This document shows, in pieces, positions 8,562-17,281 of a stretch of DNA of 36,422 nucleotides. How positions within the stretch are numbered: the stretch's first letter is position 1; every line of letters starts with the position of its first letter. Under the pieces are notes generated by a model. It saw nothing but the letters and a program-made list of their open reading frames with translations. It made no database searches and had not been told where the DNA came from. The DNA comes from a virus. Taxonomy: Duplodnaviria > Caudoviricetes. The position numbers were made by a program, and so were the translations under genes. The stretch lies in IMG/VR virus record IMGVR_UViG_3300022741_000068, positions 1-36,422 of that record. One strand, given 5' to 3'.

Positions 8562-11113
8562 CAGTAGGCCCTCCGTGCTTGCTGCGCGGATACGCGCTTG
8601 ATCAGTTGCTCCAGTTCACGCAGCGAGAGGTTGAGCGCCTCGGTGACTTGGCCCTTGACGCCCTCGGCCGCGCCACCCTGAACTTGAATGGTCGGACTGA
8701 AATGGATGGTCATTCCCCCGGCGCTGCCTGTGGCCGCGCCTGCGGCACCGGAACCGCCCCGGCCCGCGTTGATGCGCTGCGCCGCTGCGGCGGCTGCCGT
8801 ATCGGAGGCCATGCCGGCCGCCGCCTTGGAAGCCAGCCCGGCAGAGCGGCCAATGCCGATTGCCGCCCCCTGGGCGATGTTGTCGCCGAAGCCCATGAAA
8901 ACGCGGGAGGGCGACTGAATGCCCAGTGTGTCGGCGAACCACCCCTTCACGTCCTTGCCGAAGCCCACGATGGTGTCCTTGGCGGCACCGAGCTTGGCCT
9001 TGATGCCGCTCACCAGCCCGCCGACCAGGTTTGCGCCGAAGTCTGTGAAGTCCTTGGGCAGGTCGATGCCGAACCACTTCATCACGCCGGCAAATGCTTT
9101 GTAGAACAGACCCAGGGGAGACCAGTTGAGGATCAGCTTTGCTACTCCACCGATGCCGCCTGCAAAAGCTGCTTTGATCTCGCTCCAAAGACCTTGGAAC
9201 CAGGGCTTGAGCTTGTCCCAATTGCGGTAGATGAGGTAGGCGCCTAGGGCGATGCCGGTGATGGCCAAGCCGATCGGGTTCATCAGCAAAGCGCGGCCCA
9301 GCCACAGCACGGCCTGGCCAGCCAGGCGCAGGCCCGACACAAGGCTTCCGGCCAGCAGCCGGCCCAGGAACAGAGCGCCACGACCGGCCAGCATCAGCGG
9401 TGCGCCGAAGGTCATCAGCAGACCCTGGCCGAAAGGAACCAGGAAGCGCCCGACCGCCATAAGCCCGCCGCCAAAGGAGCGTAGGCCAGCGATGGCAGGG
9501 GCAAAGCGACCGACCTGCCACATGGCTCGCAACAGTGTCCATTTGCCCGAAACCGCCGTGATCGAGGTGGTCAGCGCGTTGAACGGCGAGAGCACCAGGT
9601 TGAGGCCGTATTTGATGCCGATGAAGGCCATCTTGCCCGCCAGCAGGCCGCCGACCAGGCCGATCACGCCCTTGATCAAGCCGGGGTGTTCCTTGGCCCA
9701 GTCGCCGAAGGCTTTGATGCCAGGCTTCAGCTCCTGCAACAGTTCGGTCAGCGGTGGCAGCAGCGCGTCGCCGATGGTGATGCCGATGTCCATCACGCCG
9801 ATCTTGAACGCCTTGAACTGTTCGGTGGCGCCTTCCATGCGTTTCTTGAAGTCGGCATCGAGTAGGCCCTTGCCGGCCGCATCCATGCTGCCTTGCTGGA
9901 TGTCCTTCATTTCTTCCATATTGGCGATCGCTGGCCGGATGAACGACATGGCCTGCATGTCTTGGAACAGCTCGCCCAGCTTGTAGGCTTCGGACAGGCG
10001 CTGCAGCGCGGCCTCGCGTTCCGTGTTGTCCTTGATAGCCATCGCCTGCTGGAACTGGCCAGCGGCGGCCGGCCCTTTGGACTGCATGTACTGCGTGATG
10101 ATCGCCAGCATGGACTGCACCGGCGTCAGCCCTTGGGCGCGCAGGGTCATCATGCTGCCCTTGAGGTCGATGCCGGCTTTCTCGAAGTCCTTGAGCGTGT
10201 CCGGCGCGGTGATCTTCTGCAGGAAGTTCTTGAAGTTGTTGGCCGCCTCATCATTTGAGCCGGCGCCCTTGCGGGCGATCTGCAGTGCGGCGCCAATCTC
10301 GGCCACGGCCTCCTCGCCGGTAACGCCGAGCGCCTGGAAGGACGGCGAGAGGGCCGGGAGCCACTTGGCCATGTCGCGGATTTCAAACTGGCCGCGCTTG
10401 CCGGCGTAGGCCAGCATGTTGAGCGCGCCCTCGAAGCCTGCCTCGCCGATCTTGAGGTTGTCGTTCAGCGCAATCGCCACGCTGCCCAAATCGTCCATGC
10501 TGGCTCGGGTGGCGGTAGCTGCCTTGGCCATGACCGGGGCGTAGGCTTCCAGCGCCTTGGCGTTCTGGATGCCGCCCGCTACCAGGACACTCGTGCCCCG
10601 CGCAATCTCTGCCTGGGTTTGATTCCACTTGACCGCCGACTCGCGAATGGTGGTCGCAAGCCTTGCCTCCTCTGCCGGGCTGAATTCGCCGGTGATGGCG
10701 GTGTCTTTGACCTGGTCCTGAAAGGAGGCCGCCAGGCGTACCGACTGCACGACCGGGGCGCCCAAGGCGACTGCGGTGCCGGCTGTCTCCATTGCCTGGC
10801 CCCGCAAATCGGCGCGGGCCGTCTTCAGCGCATCGCCTCGCGCCATGCTGGCTGTCAGCTTCTCCTGCTTGGCGCGCAGCTGATCGATGGTTTGGCCGAG
10901 CCGTTCATACTGGCGGTGCAGTTGGCCGACGTTTCGGGTGGGATGCGACATGGCGCGCGCCATCACATCACCCAGCCGGGCGTGCTTGACGCGCAATTCG
11001 TCGGCCGCCTGGCCGAGCTTCAACGAGGTGCCGCGCGCTGAGGCGAAAGCGGCCTGGAAGGTGCCGGACAGCACCGCGCCGATCTTGACCCCTACGAGCA
11101 GTTCATTGGCCAT
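8561..11113 (-). CDS. Tail tape measure protein
   Basis: 850 aa, Ala/Gly-rich helical; NPIGLAITGIALGAYLIYRNWD and LGIQSPSRVF motifs. Confidence 0.95.
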   Translation of the reverse strand: MANELLVGVKIGAVLSGTFQAAFASARGTSLKLGQAADELRVKHARLGDVMARAMSHPTRNVGQLHRQYERLGQTIDQLRAKQEKLTASMARGDALKTARADLRGQAMETAGTAVALGAPVVQSVRLAASFQDQVKDTAITGEFSPAEEARLATTIRESAVKWNQTQAEIARGTSVLVAGGIQNAKALEAYAPVMAKAATATRASMDDLGSVAIALNDNLKIGEAGFEGALNMLAYAGKRGQFEIRDMAKWLPALSPSFQALGVTGEEAVAEIGAALQIARKGAGSNDEAANNFKNFLQKITAPDTLKDFEKAGIDLKGSMMTLRAQGLTPVQSMLAIITQYMQSKGPAAAGQFQQAMAIKDNTEREAALQRLSEAYKLGELFQDMQAMSFIRPAIANMEEMKDIQQGSMDAAGKGLLDADFKKRMEGATEQFKAFKIGVMDIGITIGDALLPPLTELLQELKPGIKAFGDWAKEHPGLIKGVIGLVGGLLAGKMAFIGIKYGLNLVLSPFNALTTSITAVSGKWTLLRAMWQVGRFAPAIAGLRSFGGGLMAVGRFLVPFGQGLLMTFGAPLMLAGRGALFLGRLLAGSLVSGLRLAGQAVLWLGRALLMNPIGLAITGIALGAYLIYRNWDKLKPWFQGLWSEIKAAFAGGIGGVAKLILNWSPLGLFYKAFAGVMKWFGIDLPKDFTDFGANLVGGLVSGIKAKLGAAKDTIVGFGKDVKGWFADTLGIQSPSRVFMGFGDNIAQGAAIGIGRSAGLASKAAAGMASDTAAAAAAQRINAGRGGSGAAGAATGSAGGMTIHFSPTIQVQGGAAEGVKGQVTEALNLSLRELEQLIKRVSAQQARRAY

Positions 11114-11142
11114 GCCGTTTCGCCTTTTGCTATCCTGAAAAC

Positions 11143-11403
11143 ATGTTTGAAAAAACCGCCCTCACCACCGCCAAGACGCTTTACTGGCTGACCATCGGCA
11201 GCGGTGCCGCGTGGCTTGCCTGGGCGTGCTTTGCGCACTTGCCGTTCTGGGCGGCGCTTTTCCTCTTTCCCTTCGCGCTCGCGCTGGCAGCGATGGCCGG
11301 CGCCCCCCTGGCGGCCGGCGCTTCCTTCATCGGCGGATTGCTGGTGGCCGCGGCGGTCTTCATCAGCCGTAAAGCGACTGCATCATCTCGTTCCGGCGCT
11401 TGA
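11143..11403 (+). CDS. Small multi-pass membrane protein, counter-oriented moron
   Basis: About three hydrophobic segments; extended -10 TGcTATCCT (11128-11136) ends 6 nt before the ATG. Confidence 0.65.
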   Translation: MFEKTALTTAKTLYWLTIGSGAAWLAWACFAHLPFWAALFLFPFALALAAMAGAPLAAGASFIGGLLVAAAVFISRKATASSRSGA

Positions 11404-11545
11404 CCTCGCGCTCGGCGACCCCGACCCAGAACCAGTAGTCGTCCATGTCGAGGCCGTCGATTTCGGACGGCTGAATGCGCAGGACCGTGAGCAGCACTTC
11501 GTCCAGCGGCCGCAGCGCTTCGTCAGTTGTCCACCATGCTGCGAA
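11363..11545 (-). CDS. P2 gpE'-like frameshift extension of the tail assembly chaperone
   Basis: Frame reads FAAWWTTDEALRPLDEVLLTVLRIQPSEIDGLDMDDYWFW...YG*, resembling the GpE' PSEI..(L/M)...W motif. Not in the ORF track. Confidence 0.75.
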   Translation of the reverse strand, partial: FAAWWTTDEALRPLDEVLLTVLRIQPSEIDGLDMDDYWFWVGVAEREVKRRNEMMQSLYG

Positions 11546-11765
11546 AGGTGTCGGTCAGCACCTTCGAGTCGGCCAGATCAAGCTGCTCGATGTCCTCGAT
11601 CGTCAGGCCGGTGATGCGGGCAAACAGGAAGTCTTCCTGCTCGACGTCGTCCTTGCTGTACTGGGCGGCGGCCTTCATGTCGGCGCGCTTGGCGCGGCGG
11701 ACGGTGAGCTTCTCGATCTGCTGGCCGGCGGCGTTGTTGAACGGGTGCTTGAGGGGGAGTTCCAT
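11523..11765 (-). CDS. Tail assembly chaperone (gpE/gp41 family)
   Basis: MELPLKHP..LTVRRAKRADM..IEQLDLAD; SD GAAGGAAG; lies between tube and tape measure. Confidence 0.9.
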   Translation of the reverse strand: MELPLKHPFNNAAGQQIEKLTVRRAKRADMKAAAQYSKDDVEQEDFLFARITGLTIEDIEQLDLADSKVLTDTFRSMVDN

Positions 11766-11804
11766 GAGGCTTCCTTCGCGTGGGTTGAAAAACAAGGAGG
11801 TACG

Positions 11805-11853
11805 CGAAAGATTGTCGGCTGGCGCCGAGAGCCGGTCAGTTAAACGGCTTTAA
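11805..11853 (-). promoter_or_regulatory. Late promoter 2 for the chaperone/tape measure genes
   Basis: TTAAAGCCGTTTAA (11840-11853), 23 nt, GACAAT (11811-11816). Confidence 0.75.
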
Positions 11854-11854
11854 C

Positions 11855-11882
11855 AAATGAAAAGGCCCACCGAAGTGGGCCT
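11855..11882 (-). terminator. Intrinsic terminator after the tail tube gene
   Basis: AGGCCCAC-TTCG-GTGGGCCT followed by TTTCATTT on the - strand. Confidence 0.85.
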
Positions 11883-11904
11883 GGCTGCAGGAAGCGGGAA
11901 AAGT

Positions 11905-12429
11905 TCAGCCGCCGATGTTACTGCGGTAGTCGGCGAGCATGTCCTCGCCACCGACGCGGAAGATGTTGGCCAAGTAGTCCAGCTCCAGCACCTCGTCACC
12001 GTCGATGACCTGCTTGATGTAAGTCGCCCCGAAGGCCGAGCTGAACTCGGCGTTGTCGTGCTGCTTGTAGGTGCCAAGAGGGTTCTTCTTGAACATCACG
12101 GTGAGGAAGGTGACCAGGCTCACCTCCTGGATGCGGCCCTGGGCGCCGTAGGTCTCGATGCTGGAGCGGCATTGCAACTGCACTGCCTTGAACGGGTTGG
12201 CCACGGTCTTGGCCACGTCCTTGTACAGCGAGTTCCACTTGATCTCGCCCTCCAGCTTATCGAATCCCGCCGGAAGCTCGATCTTGCCCACCATGCCGAG
12301 CGCCTTGTGCTCCTGCATGATGGCCGAGATGTCGGGCAGCTTGATCTCCTCCGCGCGGCCGAGCAGCGAGTTGCCGTTCACGTAGATGTTGGCGTTGGTG
12401 ATGCGGTTGATCTCGATCTTGCCGGCCAC
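11905..12429 (-). CDS. Major tail tube protein (P2 FII-like)
   Basis: LLGRAEEIKLP, GFDKLE, ELDYLANIFRVGG motifs; GTG start with SD GGAGG. Confidence 0.93.
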   Translation of the reverse strand: MAGKIEINRITNANIYVNGNSLLGRAEEIKLPDISAIMQEHKALGMVGKIELPAGFDKLEGEIKWNSLYKDVAKTVANPFKAVQLQCRSSIETYGAQGRIQEVSLVTFLTVMFKKNPLGTYKQHDNAEFSSAFGATYIKQVIDGDEVLELDYLANIFRVGGEDMLADYRSNIGG

Positions 12430-12431
12430 GA

Positions 12432-13862
12432 TTAGCTACCTCCCTTCAGGGTGAGCAGGTATTCCGAGGTGATCTCGGTCTCAAAGGTCAAGCGCTCCAG
12501 GGGCGGCGGCGGGGTGTACTTGTAGTTGATCAGCAGGTGCCCATTGGCCAGTTCGGTCTCCTCGTTGCGTGCCAGGTCAAACCACGCCTTGAACCCCAGC
12601 AGAGCGCCGTCGCCGATCAGCTTGCGACCGTAGCCGTTCACCGACTCCACAAGGGCGTCGATCAGTGCCTGGTTGATGGGCATGTCGATGAACTGCTGGC
12701 TGAAATAGCGCAGCGACTCGTTGATCACGTCGCCGGTGCGGCGCACGTTCTCGAAGTTGCGCATGTGGCTGACGGTCGGCCAGGCGGCGGTGCGGTTACC
12801 CCACAGCCGGAAGCCGGAGCCGTAGCTGGAGAAGATGGTGGTGATGCCCTGTTCGTTGAGCAGGTTCACCTCGGATTGCGGATCGTCGATCATCGCCGAG
12901 AGCTGGCGCTCGACACCAATCACCCCGGCCAGCTCCTGGTTGGAGCTGGACCACCAGAAGCCCTTGTCCAGATCGACCTTGGCGCGCAAGCCGGCGGCGC
13001 GCGCCGACAGCGGCTCCAGGCGCTCGGCGTTGAGCACCGGGTCATACACCTTCACGTGCGGGTAGCACAGGCGAACGCGGTCGCTGGAGGTGTTGAAGTT
13101 GATGGTGCCGGCCGGGCCGCGCCCCGCCAGCGCCTGGGCGTATGTGGTGCCGATCGGCGCGTCGATGTAGGCCACCGCATCCAGCTGGTCGGCCATCGAG
13201 ATCAGTTCGACCGCCACCGAGTTCTGCGTGCAGAAGGCAGGGGCGATCAGAATCTTGGCGAAAAAGCCGAACAGGTTGTAGGTGTCCTTGAGTGCCTTGA
13301 GGCCGGTGCGTACTCCTGCCGCATTGACTGCGCCGATGATGTCCGCCGGTGTGACCTTGGTCGGGTCGGCATAGTCGTAGCTGGCCTTGACGCTGGCGCT
13401 GGCCACGATGCTACCGCCCTTCACGCGGGTCAGCTCACCGGTGAGGGGATCGACCGTGTAATCGGTGCCGAGCCCATGGGTGGTGGCGCCGTCGTTGCTC
13501 TTCACCACCAGGCCGGCCACGGCGCCGTGGTCGAGCTTCACTCGGTCGGTGGAGGCGTCGAAAGTAATGGCTTCGGAAGCCACGGCCGTCTTGTGAATCG
13601 CGGGGTCGAGCACGTTGATCACGATCACCGTGCCAGCGCCGTGATCGTAGATCGCATCCAGCGCTTGGGGAATCGTGAAGCCTGCGAGCTGCGTACCGAA
13701 CGCGGCTGCGTCCTTCTCAGACAGGGTCAAGGTGGGCTCATTGACCGCGCCCATTGGCGCCGTTCCGATGAGAGCGATCACGGCCGACTTCACCGTCTTG
13801 ACCGGGCGCGGGCCGCTCTCGACCTCGATGGTTTCTACGCCATGCAAGTAGTTTGCAGCCAT
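12432..13862 (-). CDS. Tail sheath protein (P2 FI-like)
   Basis: YLHGVETIE, GFWWSSSN, GFRLWGNRT, PPPPLERLTF motifs. Confidence 0.95.
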   Translation of the reverse strand: MAANYLHGVETIEVESGPRPVKTVKSAVIALIGTAPMGAVNEPTLTLSEKDAAAFGTQLAGFTIPQALDAIYDHGAGTVIVINVLDPAIHKTAVASEAITFDASTDRVKLDHGAVAGLVVKSNDGATTHGLGTDYTVDPLTGELTRVKGGSIVASASVKASYDYADPTKVTPADIIGAVNAAGVRTGLKALKDTYNLFGFFAKILIAPAFCTQNSVAVELISMADQLDAVAYIDAPIGTTYAQALAGRGPAGTINFNTSSDRVRLCYPHVKVYDPVLNAERLEPLSARAAGLRAKVDLDKGFWWSSSNQELAGVIGVERQLSAMIDDPQSEVNLLNEQGITTIFSSYGSGFRLWGNRTAAWPTVSHMRNFENVRRTGDVINESLRYFSQQFIDMPINQALIDALVESVNGYGRKLIGDGALLGFKAWFDLARNEETELANGHLLINYKYTPPPPLERLTFETEITSEYLLTLKGGS

Positions 13863-13865
13863 CGC

Positions 13866-14099
13866 TTACGCTCCTTTCGCTGCGGGTTCGTCGGTGTTGG
13901 AGCTGCTGCGCTGCGACGTCTTGGCGGCCACTTTGACCGGCGTCAGATGCCCCAGGGCGAGCAGCGTCTTGGTGTATTCGTGCGTTTCGGGCAGCTCGAC
14001 CTCGGCGCCGGTGTGGAGCATCACTTCTTGGGCCTCGGGGTCGTCTGCGCTCTTTTGCAGCGTCACGCCACTGGTCGGCCCGTTGTAGCGGTATTTCAT
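13866..14099 (-). CDS. Small conserved protein upstream of the sheath (Mu gp38 position)
   Basis: MKYRYNGPTSGVTL with SD GAGGAG; ATGA overlap with the gp37-like gene. Confidence 0.75.
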   Translation of the reverse strand: MKYRYNGPTSGVTLQKSADDPEAQEVMLHTGAEVELPETHEYTKTLLALGHLTPVKVAAKTSQRSSSNTDEPAAKGA

Positions 14100-14560
14100 G
14101 GTTTCTCCTCGAAAGTGGTATCGATCAGGGGAGGCTCGGTGTTGATGTCGGAGTCCTCGACTAGCATGGCCTCGGAGGCCACGTCCACGGCGTATTGCCA
14201 AATGCCGGCGGTCTCGCCCAGGAACTTCTCGGCCACCGCCCAGACCTTGCGGCAGTCCGGCGGGCGGAAGCCCACCAGCGCACGCCGTACTGCATCCACC
14301 ACGTCGACGGCACCGCCCTTGCCGTTGAGCTGGCGCAGGACCACCGTGACCGACAACTTCACGGTGCGCGGCTGGGCGATGTAGGTGACATCGACGGTCG
14401 TGTCGAACTGGCTCCCCAAGTAGCTCACCAGGAGCGCGCCCCTGGGGTGGTTGAGCCGGTACTCCGTAGGCCGGTCGGGGAAGTACTCGACCGCCAGGTG
14501 TGGGAGCTTTGCCTTCAGGCGCTCCAGCACGGCGTCGATGATCTGCAGGGTGGTGGCCAT
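14096..14560 (-). CDS. Mu gp37-like tail completion protein
   Basis: YRLNHPRGALLVSY and GIWQY motifs; synteny. Confidence 0.85.
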   Translation of the reverse strand: MATTLQIIDAVLERLKAKLPHLAVEYFPDRPTEYRLNHPRGALLVSYLGSQFDTTVDVTYIAQPRTVKLSVTVVLRQLNGKGGAVDVVDAVRRALVGFRPPDCRKVWAVAEKFLGETAGIWQYAVDVASEAMLVEDSDINTEPPLIDTTFEEKP

Positions 14561-14994
14561 CAGTAGCGATCCAGCAGCTCGGAGCCGAAGCGGCGCGGGC
14601 GCGCCCGCACCTTCATCTCGCCCGGCTCTGGAGCGGCTTCCCCGGTCGGCACGCCGATGGTCAGCTTGGCGTCGCGGATGGACTCCAACATCTGCAGGGC
14701 GGATTTGTAGGTGCGGGTGACCGCGTCGGGCAGCTCACTGCCTTCCGGTCGCCGGGCGTACAGCCAGTGCCGCGCGAGATTGACCGTCATGTCTTTGACG
14801 ACGGACGGTACCGGGGCGAGCGGCAGGGTGTAGCGCCCGCGCAGATGGGCATCGACCAGCTCTTCCGCCTGCCTGACGGCTTCCTCGACCACCGCCTGGT
14901 GAATGGCGGTGGCCGACTCGTCATCGTTGGAGAGCCAGATCAGCGTCTGCGGCGGGATGGCCAGCTGCAGGTCGGCGAGCGAGCAGTAACGCAT
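14560..14994 (-). CDS. Mu gp36-like head-tail connector (DUF1320)
   Basis: MRYCSLADL, VDAHLRGRYTLPL, LARHWLYARR motifs. Confidence 0.9.
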   Translation of the reverse strand: MRYCSLADLQLAIPPQTLIWLSNDDESATAIHQAVVEEAVRQAEELVDAHLRGRYTLPLAPVPSVVKDMTVNLARHWLYARRPEGSELPDAVTRTYKSALQMLESIRDAKLTIGVPTGEAAPEPGEMKVRARPRRFGSELLDRY

Positions 14995-15001
14995 GGCCGC
15001 C

Positions 15002-15298
15002 TCAGAAGGTGGTCGGCCGGGCCACGGCGCGGGTCAGCGCCATGAAGCCTTGCTGCAGGTGGTCCTGGCCGATCGTCATCCAGCGGTCGGTCTCGAAGGC
15101 TTCCTCGGTGACGCCGATCAGGGTCTGGCCGCCCACCTGGATGGGCGCGCCATCCATCTTGAAGGCAGGCAGGCGCTCGCGCAGCCTCTCCACGAGCGTG
15201 CCGACCTCGGCCGACTTGGCCTTCACCTCGTTCATCAAGGCAATTTCGTCCTCGGTCAGGTCGCGGTAGCCGGCAATGAGCTTGTGCTGGTTGTCCAT
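15002..15298 (-). CDS. acb2: Acb2-family anti-CBASS cyclic oligonucleotide sponge
   Basis: MDNQHK.I.GYRDL...EI..MN.VK N-terminus and RW..IG....Q.G.MA..RA.A.P..F C-terminus match the Acb2 signature as recalled; Y11 and K26 present. Confidence 0.88.
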   Translation of the reverse strand: MDNQHKLIAGYRDLTEDEIALMNEVKAKSAEVGTLVERLRERLPAFKMDGAPIQVGGQTLIGVTEEAFETDRWMTIGQDHLQQGFMALTRAVARPTTF

Positions 15299-15300
15299 GC

Positions 15301-15633
15301 TCAGATGCCCCGAACGATGCGGATAACGTCGCCGGCCGCCGTGGCGGCGTCCCAGGCGACACCATTGGCCACGCCTGCGGCCTTGGTGATCGCCTTGCCG
15401 CTGGCGTCGGACTGGACATCGGCACCTGCGGCGATTGCGGCGCCGGCCTCGACCAGGATCACGCCCAGAAGGTTGGCCGGGGCCACGCCGCCGGCCTCGG
15501 TATCGGCCTCGACTACGCCGAGCGCCTTGGCGCCAGCTGCGCAGGCGTTGCCGTCAAAGCCGACGAAGCGGCGGCGGGTCAGGTCGGCCGCTGCGATCAC
15601 CGAAGTGGTCAAGATGACTTGTTGCGTCTTCAT
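15301..15633 (-). CDS. Capsid decoration/cement protein (DUF2190-like)
   Basis: Ala/Gly-rich, VEAGAAIAAG..VQSDASGKA motif; downstream of the capsid gene. Confidence 0.8.
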   Translation of the reverse strand: MKTQQVILTTSVIAAADLTRRRFVGFDGNACAAGAKALGVVEADTEAGGVAPANLLGVILVEAGAAIAAGADVQSDASGKAITKAAGVANGVAWDAATAAGDVIRIVRGI

Positions 15634-15863
15634 TGCTTGCCTCCTTCTTGGCCGGTGGTCTGGCCGTTGCCCTCGACAGACTTGCCGTCGTCGGTCTTCT
15701 TGGAGTTGGCTGCCTTCGGCGGCTCGACCGGAGCCACCGGCTCCAGCCAGCGGCCGAGCTTGGCGGCGGCTTTGTCATCGAGTTCGATCTCGCTGCCCTC
15801 CGGGAAGCGTTTCCCGTCGTGGTCCAGGTCGATGCCGCGCACGCAGTAGGTCTTGGCGCTCAT
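15630..15863 (-). CDS. Small head-region protein
   Basis: LDHDGKRFPEGSEIEL; SD GAGG; coupled to neighbouring genes. Confidence 0.7.
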   Translation of the reverse strand: MSAKTYCVRGIDLDHDGKRFPEGSEIELDDKAAAKLGRWLEPVAPVEPPKAANSKKTDDGKSVEGNGQTTGQEGGKQ

Positions 15864-15871
15864 GGCTTACC

Positions 15872-16795
15872 TCACGCGTTGGTGTCGGAGATCAGGTAGC
15901 CCGCGTCCGCGCCCACCACCACCGGCTTGTAGACGTCGGTGTGGCGAACGAAGCGCACCTTGCCGCCCTCTGCGTCGTACTTGTCCGTTTCCGGCATGCC
16001 CTTCTTGCGCAGGGTGTAACCGAAGGACGGCTCCTCGTAGTCGGCCCCGCGGTCGGCGCTCGGCTTGGCCACGTAGGCGAGGATCAGGTTGTCGCCCCAG
16101 ACGTCGCCGGTTGCCGCGTCGCCTGCCAGTGCCTCGCCGATGAAGATGTCGTTGATGCCGAAGAGCGTGCGCAGGTGTTCGAGGGTTACCAGCTTGCGCT
16201 CCTGGCTGCCCAGGGCCGCCTGCAGCTTTGTGTGGAACTTCAGCGACTGGTACACCGAGGCGCCCAGCACGATGGTGTTGGGGCGGATGCCGATGCGGCT
16301 GCGCACGACTTCCTTGCCCGCCTCGATCACCGCAACCGGATCGCCGCCGTTGTTGCTCCACTGGCTGGCGCCGGAAAGCGCGACCTTGCCGCCGGCCAGA
16401 TAGGTGTTGGTGCTCTGCGCCAAGGCGGCGCAGGCCCACTCGCAGCGCAGATCGATCGCATCCTTGACGCGCTTGGCCGCACGGGCCTCGGCATCGAACA
16501 TCGACTCCTGCTGCTCGCGGTAATCCACCGGATAGGCCAGGTCATGCTCGCGCAGCACGACGTCGAGGGTGTCGATGTCGTCCGGCGTCATCACGTTGGA
16601 CTTGGCGCGGATGGCGCGCTCGGTTTCCCACAGGCGGAAGGCTTCCTTGCCGAATAGCGGCACGATGGCGCCTTCCTTTTCCACTGGAGCGACAGGGAAC
16701 AGGGCGTGCCCGATGTACTGCGCATTGCGGTAGCCCCGCGCGATGTTGGTCAGTACCGGATCGACGACCCGGAGCTGTCTGAGACGATCAACCAT
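15872..16795 (-). CDS. Major capsid protein
   Basis: VDPVLTNIARGYRN, EEPSFGYT, AGYLI motifs; SD AAGGAG; follows the protease/scaffold gene. Confidence 0.9.
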   Translation of the reverse strand: MVDRLRQLRVVDPVLTNIARGYRNAQYIGHALFPVAPVEKEGAIVPLFGKEAFRLWETERAIRAKSNVMTPDDIDTLDVVLREHDLAYPVDYREQQESMFDAEARAAKRVKDAIDLRCEWACAALAQSTNTYLAGGKVALSGASQWSNNGGDPVAVIEAGKEVVRSRIGIRPNTIVLGASVYQSLKFHTKLQAALGSQERKLVTLEHLRTLFGINDIFIGEALAGDAATGDVWGDNLILAYVAKPSADRGADYEEPSFGYTLRKKGMPETDKYDAEGGKVRFVRHTDVYKPVVVGADAGYLISDTNA

Positions 16796-16804
16796 GTTGG
16801 CTCC

Positions 16805-17281
16805 TTAGTTGGAAATGAGTTGGCGGGCGGCCTGCTCGTAGGGGATGCCCTTTTCAGCGGCCAACTCAGTGGCGCGTACGTGCAGGTTGAGGCGGTCGGG
16901 GTCGGTGGATTTCTCGGTGAACTCGGCGACATTGACGTCTCCGCCCTTGCCGGACTTGCCCTTGGTGGCGGTTTCCCCGAACTCGACCACCTTGGGCATG
17001 TCGCCCAGGAAGGACTTGAAGGCGCCGGCCAGCGGCTGCTTGGCATCGCCCTCGCCGAACTCAAGGGCGGTCTCGCCGTCCGCAAAGTCCAGGAAGGCGA
17101 CCACGGCGTCCTTGTGCTTCGGGGCGAGCTTGCCGTCGCCGACGAGCTGCTCGGCATAGGCCAGGTGCTCGCCGTGGCGCTTGGCGGTCGCGCTCGCCTT
17201 CTCGCGCGCATCGGCGTCCGCCAGGCGCTGTTTCAGCTGGGCGTTTTCGGCCTCCAGTGCGGCCTTTTCCTCGGGTGTCAC
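16805..17281 (-). CDS. Probable nested scaffold protein (Mu gpZ-like), in-frame internal GTG start
   Basis: SD GAGGAG (17291-17296) 9 nt before an in-frame GTG; coiled-coil EEKAALEAENAQLK follows. Confidence 0.6.
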   Translation of the reverse strand: MTPEEKAALEAENAQLKQRLADADAREKASATAKRHGEHLAYAEQLVGDGKLAPKHKDAVVAFLDFADGETALEFGEGDAKQPLAGAFKSFLGDMPKVVEFGETATKGKSGKGGDVNVAEFTEKSTDPDRLNLHVRATELAAEKGIPYEQAARQLISN

